A stretch of 55,991 nt of DNA, from the NCBI RefSeq assembly GCF_001194135.2, contig NC_068982.1, forward strand, positions 47,901,436 through 47,957,426. The letters run 5' to 3'. The notes beneath the pieces were generated by a model that had not been told where the DNA came from, ran no database searches, and saw only the letters and a list, made by a program, of their open reading frames with translations. A program made the translations under genes and the position numbers. Of this stretch, positions 23,429 to 36,876 are shown in pieces. Numbering within the stretch: position 1 is the stretch's first letter; every line of letters starts with the position of its first letter. The DNA is from Octopus bimaculoides. Its lineage: Eukaryota.

Positions 23429-24879
23429 ATATATATATATATNNNNNNNNNNNNNNNNNNNNNNNNNNNNNNNNNNNNNNNNNNNNNNNNNNNNNNNNNN
23501 NNNNNNNNNNNNNNNNNNNNNNNNNNNNNNNNNNNNNNNNNNNNNNNNNNNNNNNNNNNNNNNNNNNNNNNNNNNNNNNNNNNNNNNNNNNNNNNNNNNN
23601 NNNNNNNNNNNNNNNNNNNNNNNNNNNNNNNNNNNNNAAATAACACAATATTTCTAATTACATTTTGACAAAAAAAAATATAATAATATTTTTTCATATG
23701 ATTAATAGAACATTCAGTTATGTGACCTTATATTATATTTTATTCAATGCAGCCTTAAAATATATAGAGATTCCTTCCTTTTGAAGGACCTTAGAAGTTT
23801 TCTTTTACTAATATAAAGTTTCCATATGATACATGTAAGAACATCATACATTCGAGTCTTGATTCAGAATTATTGATTATTTTTATTTTTGTTATTTTAT
23901 TTATTTTTCATATTGAAAGCTTTCACACTCTCTCTTCAAGTATTTTAAGGAATACAGTGAATTGAATATGTCTGAGAGGACAAATGTTGTTAAATATAAT
24001 AATGGTTAAATGCTACAATCTCATCTAATCTCTCAACACATTTTTCTATTCTTTCAGTCTTTCTATATATTTCTCACCAGTTTTGTATCACCAGAATTAT
24101 AACATGCAGTGGATCTAATATTGCCTCAGTTAAAGTATGTTGAATTAATTATTACTATTTGTTCGTTCATTTTCATGCTAGTATTTGTTTCCTTATGCTA
24201 GTACAGGCTAGATGCAAAGGAAGGATGCACAAAGAAATTGTGTGCATGCATTCGTGTGTTTATTTCTGAATGTCTTGGTATTGACAAGTAGTAATAATGT
24301 GTGTGTATGTCCTGAAGCTCAACTGTTCATCATGTGAAAAGTCGTGAAATATAATAAATGAAATACCTTTAACAATAAGATGAATAGAATGAATGGAAAA
24401 TCACTTGAATGAAAAGAGTAGTTGTTCACTTTTGATTCACCATACACTTATTGTGAAAAATTTGTATTGGACATGATGGTCCAATGAAAAACATGAGCAA
24501 TATCAGAAAGTTCTGTTCATAGTAATAATATGTGTGTTCTCCGGAAAGCAAGAATATTACTGCAAAAGCAGGGAACATGCTAGTATTAGGACTGACAGCA
24601 TTTTTAACTTTTTACTCACTCACTATAGAACAAATCTGATTGGTCAGATATGTGGTGATGTCATCATTTGAAAATCCATCAGTTGTCATTTGCAAAGAAT
24701 TTTCTAATTGAAAAAAAAAAAAACATCAAGTCCAGGGTTTGAACTAATATGTAGACTTTTTACATACAGTAGTTGAAAACAAGGAGAAGTTGGAATCAAG
24801 AAGAACATTTAGTCATGCAATATTGCTTCAAGAAGTCTTATCCAACATATGCTTGTATGAAAACATTGGATGTAAAAAT

Positions 24880-24889
24880 GGTGATGACA

Positions 24890-24944
<55 letters not shown>

Positions 24945-25135
24945 CAGTGATGATTAGAATGATGATGATGGCGATGCTAATGACGACGACAATGATGATG
25001 ATTAGAATGAAGATGATGATGACGATGATAATAACAATAACAATGATGACATTGATGACAATGACAATGATGACGATGATGACAACAACAATGACGACGA
25101 CAGCAATGGCAGTGATGTCAGCAGTGATGAAGACA
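24880..25135. repeat. (GAT/GAC/AAC)n degenerate microsatellite
   Basis: Directly visible. Confidence 0.9.
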
Positions 25136-25801
25136 ATAGATGGCGCCTGTGTTCTGTATGATTTTGCATGCCAGCAAATTCTGACGATGGCCACAACAAA
25201 GGAAGGCATGGTGGATTCAGTCAAAGTGCAATAACTAGTGTTCTACTGCAAGAGTTATTGCTGGCATGCAAACACTGCACAATATCTTCAGAAGAGAGTC
25301 GGGCAGGAGCTACAATGATTATTGATGCAACTGCTGCTGTTCTCGTGCATCTGCTCGTCTGGACTGAGTAGGATGAAAGAATAATGTTCATTAGATGATG
25401 TTTGTTACAATTAGTATGTTATAATTGGCTCTAACTTAAGAATAAACTAGGTTACATATATAAGAAAGATTTACTATTTTTATTAAATCATTTAAGTAAA
25501 CAGCTCATAGTCACTATCCAGAGGCTGTTGTTTATATCTTTCGTTTGCTTTTGTCCATTTATTTCATTTAAAATTCTGATTTCCTTTTCAATCTGGCTGA
25601 GATTTTTTTTTTAATTTGTTTCCATATTGATTGTTTCTGTGATTATTGCTTCTAATTAATTATCTATCTAATTGTGTATGATTGAAATAATCTCATTTAT
25701 CCTCTTCAAAATATACTGCACCATACTGGTTTCTTTATTGAAATGACATGATAATTAAGAGATACTTAACTATCATTTAAATAAAGCTGTCCTCATACCA
25801 C

Positions 25802-25842
<41 letters not shown>

Positions 25843-26149
25843 ACATCATCATCATCAATACTGCTGCTGCTGCTACTAGTGATAATAGTAATAATCATCT
25901 CTTTTATAGGCACAAGGCCAATAAGTACCAGTGAACTACTGGAAATCAGCATAATTTCAGCTGTTCTCCTTCTCCAAAATTTCTGGTCTTGTGTCTCTAT
26001 AAGAAATCATTTTTGAGGTTGAAGATGTTTGAAGAACATTTTGAGTATTCACCAAGACAAACAATACCAGGCTTTCAGATTACTTAACACTTAAAACAAA
26101 GTAGATGGCTTTTCCCACACTTTTGCAAGCCAACATGTCACAGTTAGGT

Positions 26150-27610
26150 GTGGAATGATTAAATGCATGTGGTCTGGATTGGTGTGGAAGCAGGGGGCAT
26201 CTGTTTAACTGATATTAGTTCATTGAGTTCAGATGTGGTGACTACTATTGAGGCCAGAATTTCTGAGCTGTATTCATTCATTCTCTCTCTGGTCAATCAA
26301 TTCAAGGCTCTCTATTTATTTTGGTTAGCATTGCTCAAGTGGTGTGATAGTGCTGTTTTGAAAAGGCATGGACTTAGAAGACGTAAAATATGATCTTCGT
26401 AGACATGAACGAAAAGTTAATGGTTCTAGACATGAGCAGCAGTTGAGGTGGTGATATTTTTAGAGTGGAGCTATTTATGCCCCAACAGGAACTGGAAGCT
26501 TAAATTTCTCTAGTGATGTACAGTCTAGTTTTGGGACATCTCAGTCATTTATATTAGAGGGTGACTAGAATATCATCTTAGACACATGCAAAGATTGTGT
26601 CAGGGTAACTGATAAGAAAACAAGTGTAAACGTTCTGTAAATCTACTCAAGTTTTTCCAGCTCGCTGAGAGATATTGTCTGGATTTCTGGGCTACAATAA
26701 TGTGAATCCAGATAAACTGTAATGGGTAATCCAGGTCATACTGAAGCATAGTTTTCATTAGGTTAATTGATAAAGAACAAAGTAAGTTGTCCATTGCTTA
26801 AGAATTAGCTTCACAGAACATAAATTCTTAGTGTATAGCCAACTGAGATAAAATTTAAAAAAACAGGGTCCTTTGTATTAGAAACTGAATGCATCTTTCC
26901 CAAAGTACAAAGATTTCAGGGTTCAGAATATTAATTATGCAAGGATTGAAGGTCAGAATTATTAACAAGAGTTTGTGTGTCCTACTAAAAAGGGAAACAG
27001 GAGCAGAATCTATCTATTTTAGTAAAGATGTAGCAACAGAAAGTAGAAAATTAGAGAAGGGATTAGTCAATTAGAACTGAACAGAAAAGGTATTATTTAC
27101 TACATGATTCTGATGTGAAAGGTATTTGATTACTATCTCAAAACAAAATACAAAGGGTGCATAATTTATTCTAGGGTACAGGTTCTGAAAAATGAAGGTG
27201 CTATCACCATTAGATGGGAATGTGTAGAAGAGATGTTGTGTGGCTGCAAATCTATAATTCAATCTTTGGCAGACTGTTGCAGGCTTGCACTATCCAATTC
27301 CAAGAAGATGTGTATGATTTTCAGTGGCACTTTGTAAAACTTTGTGAGGAGTGACAGACTAGAAATGGTGCACCTCAGTGCCTAAGTAGACATTCTACTG
27401 GAATTGTCAGCTTAAGATTCAGAATTCTTCAAAACACCTGTTGCAGTTGATGAAACAGCAGACATGTTGATCAATTGTGCAGTGAGAAAATTGTTGGGGC
27501 TGGATGGTCTGTCCAATAATTGTTATTATTACATACCAAAAGTGTTTTTTACTGTCATGAAGCAGCTGTCTGTTGCAATTGGTGGCAGACTGGGAATGTT
27601 CCAAGTCATA
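26150..27610 (+). mobile_element. Decayed L1/Tx1-clade LINE ORF2 (APE endonuclease, linker, start of RT)
   Basis: KQGHLLTDISSLSSDVV; AIYAPTG; FILEGD*NIILD; SRSY; GPLY*KLNAS; GLDGL. These motifs occur in the expected order, with many stops and deletions. Confidence 0.7.
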
Positions 27611-27639
27611 TAAACCTTGTTAGTTTATGTATTTTTTAA

Positions 27640-28075
27640 TTCTCTTAATTTTATTGAAAGATTTCTACATAAGATATTTTCAGTGTCTGTTGATATAATT
27701 TCTGTATGCGGTTTATATTTGTAAGTCCTTGTGTTTTGGTTATATTTTTTCTACAACATTTTAAATGATTTGCAAACTATTCTCTTGTTACAAGGATTGT
27801 TTCTGTTCTCAGTCCCTATATTCTGTTTTTTTTTTCTATTTTCCAGATTTTTCTATTTTGGATAATCTTTCAATTATCTTTAGAGACACATGTATCATTT
27901 GTTAGAGCACTTCCTTTCCTAGTGGTCCTTCACAGCTATATCTAGTTGATTTACCCTGATATCCCTGTCCATATAAAATGGCATACCCCAGTGTATGGTC
28001 ACCTTGTCATCTTCTTAAATATTCTCTGATTTATGTTTTATTTCAAGATTCTAAAATGCTGGGCATACTTTCCAT
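27640..28075 (-). mobile_element. Old R4/Dong subfamily-1-like remnant
   Basis: Reverse complement aligns by eye to 4604-4900 (GAAACAATCC, GGACTTACAAATATA, CATACAGAAA, CTTTCAATA). Confidence 0.65.
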
Positions 28076-28124
28076 TGTCTGAACTGTATAAAAATATATA
28101 TACCTCAGAGTATAGACACTTTGG

Positions 28125-28340
28125 CTGAAACGTTAACATGCCGGGTAAAATGCTTAGCGGTATTTCGTCTGCCGCTACGTTCTGAGTTCAAATTCTGCCG
28201 AGGTCAACTTTGCCTTTCACCCTTTCGGGGTCGATAAATTAAGTACCAGTTATGCACTGGGGTTGATCTAACCGACTTAATACCTTTGTCTGTCCTTGTT
28301 TGTCCCCTCTGTGTTTAGACCCTTGTGGGCAATAAAGAAA
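28125..28340 (+). mobile_element. Young SINE family A
   Basis: CpG-rich, near-complete body and tail. Confidence 0.9.
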
Positions 28341-29214
28341 GAATTCTTCTGAAACCTTTTATAAATATGTTTGAACCATATATTCTTATTATAATGCTGT
28401 CATAGCTTCCACTGATGAATACCCTCGACCTTATCATATACTTTTATTTACCCCTAACTCTATCATACACTTTTATTTGCCCCCATCTCTGTCATCTACT
28501 TTTATTTATTTCGTTTGGCTAAGATAATCTTCTCGAAACCAATATGGTCGATTGTTTATTCATAGTCCTCTCATATTGTACTGCTACTTTTCCTACTCTG
28601 CTTCATTATATAGTTTTTAGTAGTCCCACCTTTGAGGCTTGGGCTTCTAGTATTAATGTTTTTCCATTTCAACTCTGCTCTGACTTGATCATTTATGACA
28701 ATGTATGTGATTTTATTACCAACATCCTACTTTAATTATTATTTCTCAATAAGGTGACAAGCTGGCAGAATCTGCCAAGGTCAATTTTGCCTTTCATCCT
28801 TTCAGTACTGGTCAAGTAATGGGGTTGATGTAATTGACTAGACCCCTCCACAAAATTTACAGGCCTTATATCTATAGTAGAAAGAATGATTAATTCTTAG
28901 TTCTTGTTATAGCTGTCTGTTACTTTAGCCTTTGTTACGTATTCACTTTTGTTTTACTTCATTCATATTTTGTAAACTGTTTATATTCTCTATCATCATC
29001 ATTTCCCATTATCTCCAACTATGGCAGAATGTGCACCACTATGAGATAGTTGCCTCTGTAATATGAATCTGCTATTGGACCTATCTCATGTTAATTTCAT
29101 CAGCTATACCCTTCCATGCTGGCTTAGGGCATGTTGGAAGAGGGTATTAATTTTGGAGTTTTCCTTCTCCTAAATTGATTGCTTTCATTGTAGCTAAGGA
29201 GCTGAAACTAAGGA

Positions 29215-29530
29215 GCCCAACATCTTGGAATCATGAGAGAAAAGAGATGATATAAACATGCATCAGAGAATGTTTAAGATGATGATTAAGTGACCATACT
29301 CTGGGCTATGACATTTTACACAGTCAGGGAGATCAGGGCAAATCAACTAGATATAGCTGTCAAGTACCACTAGAAAAGGAAGTGTCCTAACAGATGATAC
29401 ATAGATTTTTGAGAAATTATCCAAAATAGAAGAATCTGGAAAATTGAAATAACCAGAATATAGGGATTGAGAACAGAAACAATCTCAGTAATAATAAATA
29501 GACTGGTTTAGAAATCATTTAAAATATTGT
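29215..29530 (+). mobile_element. Old R4/Dong subfamily-1-like remnant, inverted relative to 27640-28075
   Basis: AAATCAACTAGATATAGCTGT, TTATCCAAAATAGAA and GAGAACAGAAACAATC are shared with the partner copy. Confidence 0.65.
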
Positions 29531-29698
29531 AGATGGGACCCTGACAGGTACTACCATTCTGGATCAGAACGAACTTGGGAATAGTAGTAATTAAGAGATG
29601 CTTCCCATAACTCCAGAACTCCCAAACTGGAGACTCACTTCCAGATGCAGTTTAATGTCGTACCCAGTTTCCTTTTATTCATCACTGTATTTTGTTAT

Positions 29699-30086
29699 GT
29701 GGAGGCACAATGGCCCAGTGGTTAGGGCAGCGGACTCGCGGTCGTAGGATTGCAGTTTCAATTCCCAGACCTGGCGTTGTGAGTGATTATTGAGCGAAAA
29801 CACCTAAAGCTCCACGAGGCTCCGGCAGGGGATGGTGGCGAACCCTGCTGTACTCTTTTACCAAAACTTTCTCTCATTCTTTCCTCCTGTTTCTGTTGTA
29901 CCTGTATTTCAAAGGGTCAGCCTTGTCACACTCAGTGTCACGCTGAATCTTCTCGAGAACTACGTTAAGGGTACACGTGTCTGTGGAGTGCTCAGCCACT
30001 TGCATGTTAATTTCATGAGCAAGCTGTTCCGTTGATCGGATCAACTGGAACCCTCGTCGTCATAACTGACGGAATGCCAACCAACC
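29699..30086 (+). mobile_element. tRNA-derived SINE family C, apparently full length
   Basis: A-box TGGCCCAGTGG, B-box-like GTTTCAATTCC, GC-rich body of about 390 bp unrelated to families A and B. Confidence 0.8.
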
Positions 30087-31361
30087 ATTTTGTTATAATT
30101 AACCATGACCTTCTAGTTGTAAAAGGCCTCTACTTTCTTGAATACTTTATAAATATAATCTATCTTTGTTATCTTTTGGGTGGAATATTCAAAATTCTGT
30201 CATAATTTTCAATTTCAAGTCTTGCTAATTAATTTAGACTCTAGCTAATAAGTTACATCTGAAACTTATTAGTAGAAAAGCCAGAAAATTGATATCTATT
30301 ACCTTATTTTTGGTATTCATTTCAGTTTTAAATATTCATCTGATGTGTCTTTAGTGTTCTTTTGCAACTAGTTTGCTTATTGTTACATTTGTACATTATT
30401 ATTCTCTTTAGTTCTTTAACTGCAATTTTATTTGTAGCACTGTTTAGACTAATTCTCTTATTTCTAAAATTACATTGATGGTTTATTAATTTTACACTCG
30501 TTGCAATTTTCCTAACCAAATATCACAATCAGTGTTGCTACTAAATCCATGCACACAATACAGCAGGGATTCCAGCAGTTTGTTATACAGTTGTAAGTCC
30601 TCCATATACAGGAAATAGTTGTTAGTCATCCTATACCACTTTATCTGTAACTAGTAGAGTGACCATATTGACTAAATGAGATAGCTTAGCGTTTTTCATA
30701 AAGTAAAGCTCCTCACCATTCCTACTGTAGTGGTGATGGGGTCTGAGAGGATTGAAAATGGATTGAATCAATTACCCTTTTTATAAAATTAAGATAGCTT
30801 CCAACTTCTTAAATTTCTCAAACACCTTGGTGAAGAATGAAGAATTATAAGGATGCATAATTTAATTTGTTATCTCCTTGATTAAGAAAAAAAGGGGTGT
30901 GCAGAAAATTTCACTAACGATTGAATGTTTGGTGGATGTTATTGCTTGTCTGTTTGAAAACTTTTGTGTTAGCACCAGATTGAAGAGGAAAAGAAAGAAG
31001 ACTGGTTTCATTCACAAAATCTCTTTTATTGTTTAAATCTCTCAAGCTGTCATCAATTTACTTGTTAATGCACCTGCTCCTTGATGAAGCTGTCTTACTC
31101 ATGAGTAATAGTTTGATGGAATCATTAGAATGTCAGACAAAAATGCCTTGCAGTATTTGTTTTGATTTTTTTTTTACATCCTGAGATCAAATACTGCTGA
31201 CACCAACTTTGCATTTCATCCTTCTGGGGTCCATTACGTAATCTGTAATGTACTTGTCAATTTCTGAGATGAACAGAATTTGAGACCTTGTCTCTACATA
31301 TGAGGTAATGATTGTTGTCATCATCGTCATCATTGTGGTGTTGTCATTATTATTATTGTCG

Positions 31362-31710
31362 TGGCGGTGAACTGGCAAAATCGTTAGCATGCCGAGTTCA
31401 AATTCCACCAAGGTTGACTTTGCCTTTCGTCCTTTCGGGGTCGATAAATTAAGTACTAGTTGCTTACTGGTGTTGATCTAATCGACTGGTCCCCTCCCCC
31501 AAAATTTCAGGCCTTGTGCCTAGAGCAGAAAAGAAGATGCTTGGCAGTATTTCATCTGTCTTTATATTCTGCATTCAAATTCCGTTGGGGTTGACATTGC
31601 CTTTCATTCTTTCGGGGTCGATAAAATGAGTACCAATTGAGTACTGGAGTTGATGTAATCGACTAGCCCCCTCCCCTCAAATTTCAGGCCTTGTGCCTAT
31701 AATAGAAAGA

Positions 31711-31712
<2 letters not shown>
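31362..31712 (+). mobile_element. Head-to-tail SINE family A dimer
   Basis: Two central domains and two CAAAATTTCAGGCCTTGTGCCTA-type tails. Confidence 0.85.
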
Positions 31713-31785
<73 letters not shown>

Positions 31786-31809
31786 GTTGTTATTATTATC
31801 ATTACCCAT

Positions 31810-32068
31810 TTTACTTCTCAGAGCTCTCGATTTTATTTGCTCCTGTTAATTTTGTGAGAGTGGACAGCAACCTGTTGTCAAAAGTCTCATAGGGTCTCTT
31901 TCTACACCCAAGTACCAATCTCAAATTTCTTGTTTTTCCCCAATAAAGCAGCTTTTGAACATGTTCTATCTTCATGTCAATTCCGATTTCTTCAACATAC
32001 TTTTCATAGTTGTTAGTGCTACCACTGTTCCTACAACAACTGGGATGGCAGTTACTCTCTTCATAATT
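31810..32068 (-). mobile_element. R4/Dong-clade 3' end (subfamily 2)
   Basis: MKRVTAIPVVVG..EKYVEEIGIDMKIEHVQK..LRLVLG. The 3' end abuts (AAT)n at 31713-31805. Confidence 0.75.
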
Positions 32069-32074
32069 GTTTTC

Positions 32075-32212
32075 AGTTATGTTTGTTTGTTTGTTTGTTT
32101 GTTTGTCCATGGACAAGATATATCAAGAATTGCAGGATGGATTCAGATGAAACTTTCAGAAATGTCTGGCCTCGTGACTGGCACAAACTGATTAGATTTT
32201 GGTGTAGATTTT
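32075..32212 (+). mobile_element. DINE/Helentron-like non-autonomous fragment
   Basis: (GTTT)n followed by GGATGGATTCAGATGAAACTTTCAG...TGATTAGATTTTGGTG, the typical layout of such elements. Family assignment is uncertain. Confidence 0.4.
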
Positions 32213-32300
32213 TACTCACTGTTCCCAGGGCTCCCACAATTATTGGTACTATTACTACCTTTTTCATTGACCACAACTGCTTGACCTCCCAACCTACCTT
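32213..32300 (-). mobile_element. R4/Dong RLE fragment (subfamily-3-like)
   Basis: VGWEVKQLWSMKKVVIVPIIVGALGTVSK, preceded by (AAT)n(GAT)n on the minus strand. Confidence 0.7.
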
Positions 32301-32301
32301 G

Positions 32302-32351
<50 letters not shown>

Positions 32352-32385
32352 GTCATCATCATCATCATCATCATCATCATCACCA

Positions 32386-32459
<74 letters not shown>

Positions 32460-32738
32460 GTTATTATTAAGGCAGTGAGCTGACAGAACCATTAACATGC
32501 CAGGCAAGTTGCCTAGCAGCATGTTATCTGTCTTTATGTCTTGAGTTCAAATGTTGGCAAGGTTGGCTTTGCCTTTCATAGGGTTGATAAAATAAGTATC
32601 TGTGCAAGGACTTGGGTCCTTGCACAGGACTTGCTCCTCCCTCAAACCTTCAGACTTTGTGCCTATAGTACAAAGGATTAATAAGGATTATATATTACAT
32701 ATATAATTATATTCCAAACATTATATATATATATATAA

Positions 32739-32935
32739 AACAAGAACTTTTGGATGGAAATTCATAAATCCTTTAACGCATTGCTACATATATTTCCACT
32801 GACCTCATGGATTAATTGTATTCCCCATCCATGAGAAATTACAAATATGATTAGTAAAAGCCATGGATTTTAAGGGGGAAATGTACATAGCAATGTATTA
32901 AAGGATTTATGAATTTCCATCCAAAAGTTCTTGTT
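32739..32935. mobile_element. Palindromic MITE-like element with arms of about 59 bp
   Basis: AACAAGAACTTTTGGATGGAAATTCATAAATCCTTTAA ... TTAAAGGATTTATGAATTTCCATCCAAAAGTTCTTGTT. Confidence 0.75.
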
Positions 32936-33499
32936 ATTACTATATTCGTCCAATGCTATAGTGGCACCAGACTAATAACCATTCCATAAAATTACTCTGG
33001 AAGATGAGAACAATGAATGGTAGCCAAAATAAATAGCATAGTAGCTTTTATGAGTGCACTCTAAAACACTTCACATAAATGGACTTAAATTACATACATG
33101 CATACATACATTATTTCAAAATTTTGGCCATTAAGGCCTTACAAAGAGGGGATGAACAAGATTTTTTTTTATACATACATACATACATATCATAGAGGTC
33201 TTTCAGTTTGCCAAATCTGCTCACAAGGCTTTGGCTGGCTTAGGGCTACAGTGGAAGTAGAAGACATTTGCCCAAAGTGAATTGCAGTGAGTCTGAGTTT
33301 AAAATTATGTGATTGGGAAGTAAACTTCTCAACCACACAGCCATGCATTTGCCTATGTTTAAATGCTTAAATTTAATCAAAGAACACACAGAAGAAAACA
33401 TTGCTGAACTAATAGTTTCTAAAGAATCTGGATGCAGTAACATGAATAAGTAGCTCAATACTTTTTTTTGTCTTTTAATATGAATTTACTTTTGCTCCT

Positions 33500-34190
33500 A
33501 GGTATACAAAGCACCAGCAAGTCTACCTAATTTGTGATGAATATTTGGTGAATGATTGCATGAAGCCTGTGAAATTAGAAAGCTATCTTGATACTGGATA
33601 TGCTTCCTCTCCAGGCAAATCTTTATCATCATTAAAATCTTTTGAAATACATAAATAGTGTTTTTTTTTTAAAAACACAAATATCAGTTCAAGAAAACGT
33701 ACTGTAAAACATCATATGAAGCTTAATATTTTGTCACAAAAACTCAAGAGCCATATACAATTAGCAAAAATTTGTAATGCCCAGCAGCACGTAAAATTAC
33801 AGAAATTATCCGTGGAATAATCAATGTAAATAAAATAAGGAAAATTTCACTGTTAAATGATATAGAATGCGAAAAAAAAAAAAAAAAGTTGCAGGAAAGA
33901 GAAATAACCAATTTGTGTAACTAATGAAAGAATCAAAGTAATAAATTTGTGATTCAGATGAATAAATTGGTCGACATTAAAGAATGATGTTCGAATATTC
34001 CTTTCTCAGATATTCACATGAATGCAGTGTGCATAAGATCTTAATGCTTTGGTGCTTATTAGATCAACATACAACAGGTGAAGATATTTTCTGCAAAGAA
34101 GACCATATATTTTTAAGGAGGTAAGACTGAAATGGAATAGTGTATGTATCAGTGATGCAACAGCAATGAGGGGGGAAAACAGAATTTTAA
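33500..34190 (+). mobile_element. Decayed hAT (Buster/Charlie-type) transposase
   Basis: ICDEYLVNDCMKPVKLESYL; SYEA*YFVTKTQEPYTI..PAA; FVIQM; LKWNSVCISDATAM. Motifs are in the Buster/ZBED5 order. Confidence 0.75.
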
Positions 34191-34249
34191 GTACATCCTA
34201 CATTCACTCATTGCAGGGTTCTTTGAGGATCATTGATGATTTTCTTTTT

Positions 34250-34632
34250 TTTTGTTTCAGTCATTAGACTGTGGTCATGCTGGGGCACTGCCTTGAAGAA
34301 TTTTTAGTCGAATGAATTGACCCCAGTAATCATTTTTTTCTTTTTTTGTGTCTGGTACTTATTCTGTCAGTCTCTTTTGGTAAACTACAAAGTCACAGAG
34401 ATGCAAATACACTAACACCAGTTGTGAAGCAGTGATGGGACACACACACATGTGCACGCACCCCCCAACCACAAATGTTGGGCTTCTTACAGTTTCTCTC
34501 TACCAAATCCACTTGCAAGGCTTTGGTCAGCCTGAAGCTATAGTAGAAGGCACTTATCCAAGGTGTCATGTAGTGGGACTGAACCTGGAACCATGTGGTT
34601 GGGAAGCAAAATGTCTTACAACACAGCCACAC
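34250..34632 (-). mobile_element. SINE family B, near full length
   Basis: Reverse-complement match to 40860-41270. Confidence 0.85.
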
Positions 34633-35569
34633 CACAATAATACAAGATGCAGCTAAAATTACCAACCTTATTAATAGTCATACATTAAATATCTATCTGT
34701 TCATAATTCTAAACTAGAATGAGATATAGGCACCAAGGTATTCAAACTTTTGCTCTAATGTTTCTTATGTTTTCACACTCTCCGTAATATCTAGTGCACC
34801 AGTTATTTTTGGTACTGTTTTTCTTTCAAACCTTACATCTTGCTTATTTGGCATTTAAGACTTTTGTACTTCGATAGTTTCTCAATTCTATTCAAGTGAT
34901 GATTTGATCAGACAAATCATCATTGTCTATGAGACAAAATGCATAGATTTTTATGAGTGTTGTAGTTTGCTTGAAGCATTGTAACATCAAAGAAGGTAAA
35001 AAGAGAAAATAAAAAGCTTCTGACAATACGGAAAGTTTAATAAAAAAAAAACCTTTGTATTTCAGGCACAAAGCCCATCTTCAGAAGAAAATCAGTCTAG
35101 GAAATGTTCAGTTATGTAGGTTCTGTTAACCCATTCAAATCCCCCTAGCATTATGTATAGACAGCATTATAGATTTTTATAAATGACTTTGATAAACATA
35201 TCTAGATGATTCAGCTTTTTTTTTATTGTTGTTGTTGCAGCAACAACAGTAGTAATAACAGCAGTAGCAGCATCAGTAGCAGCAACAATACTAGTTGTCA
35301 TCATCATCATTTAATGCCTGTGTTCCATATTAGCATGGGTTGAATAGTTTGACAGGAGCTGGTAAGTCAGAAAACTGCTAAAAGCTATACTGTCTTCTCA
35401 TGGTTTTTATGGCCATATGCCCTTCCCAATGCCAGTCATTTCATAGCATGGACAAGTAATAATAATAATAATTTACCTCTGTTTCCCTGAGTTGCCTATT
35501 TATTCATAGACAACATGTTACAAAGGAATTATTTAAATGTGTGCACACATACTTTATATAGCTATATTC

Positions 35570-35760
35570 TTTTACTTGTTTCAGTCATTTGATTGTGGCC
35601 ATGCTGGAGCACTGCCTTCTAGTCGAACAAATCAACCTCAGGACTAATTCTTTGTCAGCCTAGTACTTATTCTATCAGTCTCTTTTTGCTAAACCACTCA
35701 GTTACGGGTACGTAAACACACCAACATTGGATGTCAAGCGATGGTGGGGTAATAAACACA

Positions 35761-35820
<60 letters not shown>

Positions 35821-35915
35821 NNNNNNNNNNAGCCATAGCAGAAGATGCCACGCAGTTGGACTGAACCCAGAACCTTGTGATTGGGAAGCAAGCTTCTTAC
35901 CACACAGCCACACAT
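35570..35915 (-). mobile_element. SINE family B with internal (CA)n and a small gap
   Basis: Tail at 35570, head at about 35915. Confidence 0.8.
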
Positions 35916-36024
35916 GTAGTAAAAAAAAAAATTCATTAATTACAGAACCCTGTAAGAGTACTGCTTGGTTTGCAAATTCTCGTTGCCCAAAAAGCTGCTA
36001 TAATCAGTCCACCATTAAGCTGAT

Positions 36025-36081
<57 letters not shown>

Positions 36082-36148
36082 TTATTTCAATCTGACTGTC
36101 TCTTTCTCTCTCCCTCTCTCTCTTTCTCTCTTTATTTCAGTCTGACTA

Positions 36149-36180
<32 letters not shown>

Positions 36181-36465
36181 ACCTATAATTTTATATATAT
36201 GCACATACCTAATTTTCTACCCTCATGCATACACAAATACACACATCTATATATATTTGTGTGCATGGACACATATGTATTTATGTACATACACACTCAT
36301 GTTCTCACTCTCCCCTCTCCTCTTCCCATCCCCTCTCCTCTTCCCATCCCCTCTCCTCTTCCCATCCCCTCTCCTCTTCCCATCCCCTCTGCCCCTCCCC
36401 CTCTCTATTGTATTTCTTATTCAAGTTTTTGTTTCTTTCTAAACACAGAAATGTTGTGGCTGGTT

Positions 36466-36645
36466 TTACCCCTTTGACATTCGAATTACTCTTTCAAATG
36501 TAATGCTTTATTTATTCACATTGTTTCAAATTAATCATGCATTATCCAATAGCTTTGAGATTTCAACGATGTGATTGCTACCTTTTAAATTGACATTGTA
36601 GGGTAGTATTGAGAGGTAAAATCTGGTCAGGCCAAATGCTAAAGC
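36466..36645 (+). mobile_element. piggyBac-like MITE (diverged)
   Basis: Homologous to 53350-53560. Confidence 0.7.
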
Positions 36646-36876
36646 ATTACATATTAATTTTCCAGGAATAATTCCAATCTCTTTAAACTCACAGTACTTG
36701 CCTCATAATTCCCCCTTGGTGTATGCGAGCTTACAATGCCCTCTCAAGAGGGCATTATCACAACATCTGTTCAAAATAATATTGGACATTATAATAACCA
36801 ATTTGAGTCAGAGATGAGAGGATTTGAATCACAGATCAATTCTTGCTGGGCAGCTATAATATATTACAATTACAGT

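Noticed and set aside
29701-29775. tRNA gene
   Set aside because: A and B boxes are present, but there is no clean cloverleaf or unambiguous anticodon stem, and the sequence continues into a SINE body. The same applies to the other SINE heads.
30300-30650. Two overlapping minus-strand open stretches (about 50 and 63 codons) suggesting a frameshifted gene; similar case at 39150-39400
   Set aside because: These lengths are within chance expectation for AT-rich DNA, and no motif was recognised.
36735-36756. Small perfect hairpin AATGCCCTC-TCAA-GAGGGCATT
   Set aside because: A 9-bp stem can occur by chance in 56 kb, and there is no supporting context.
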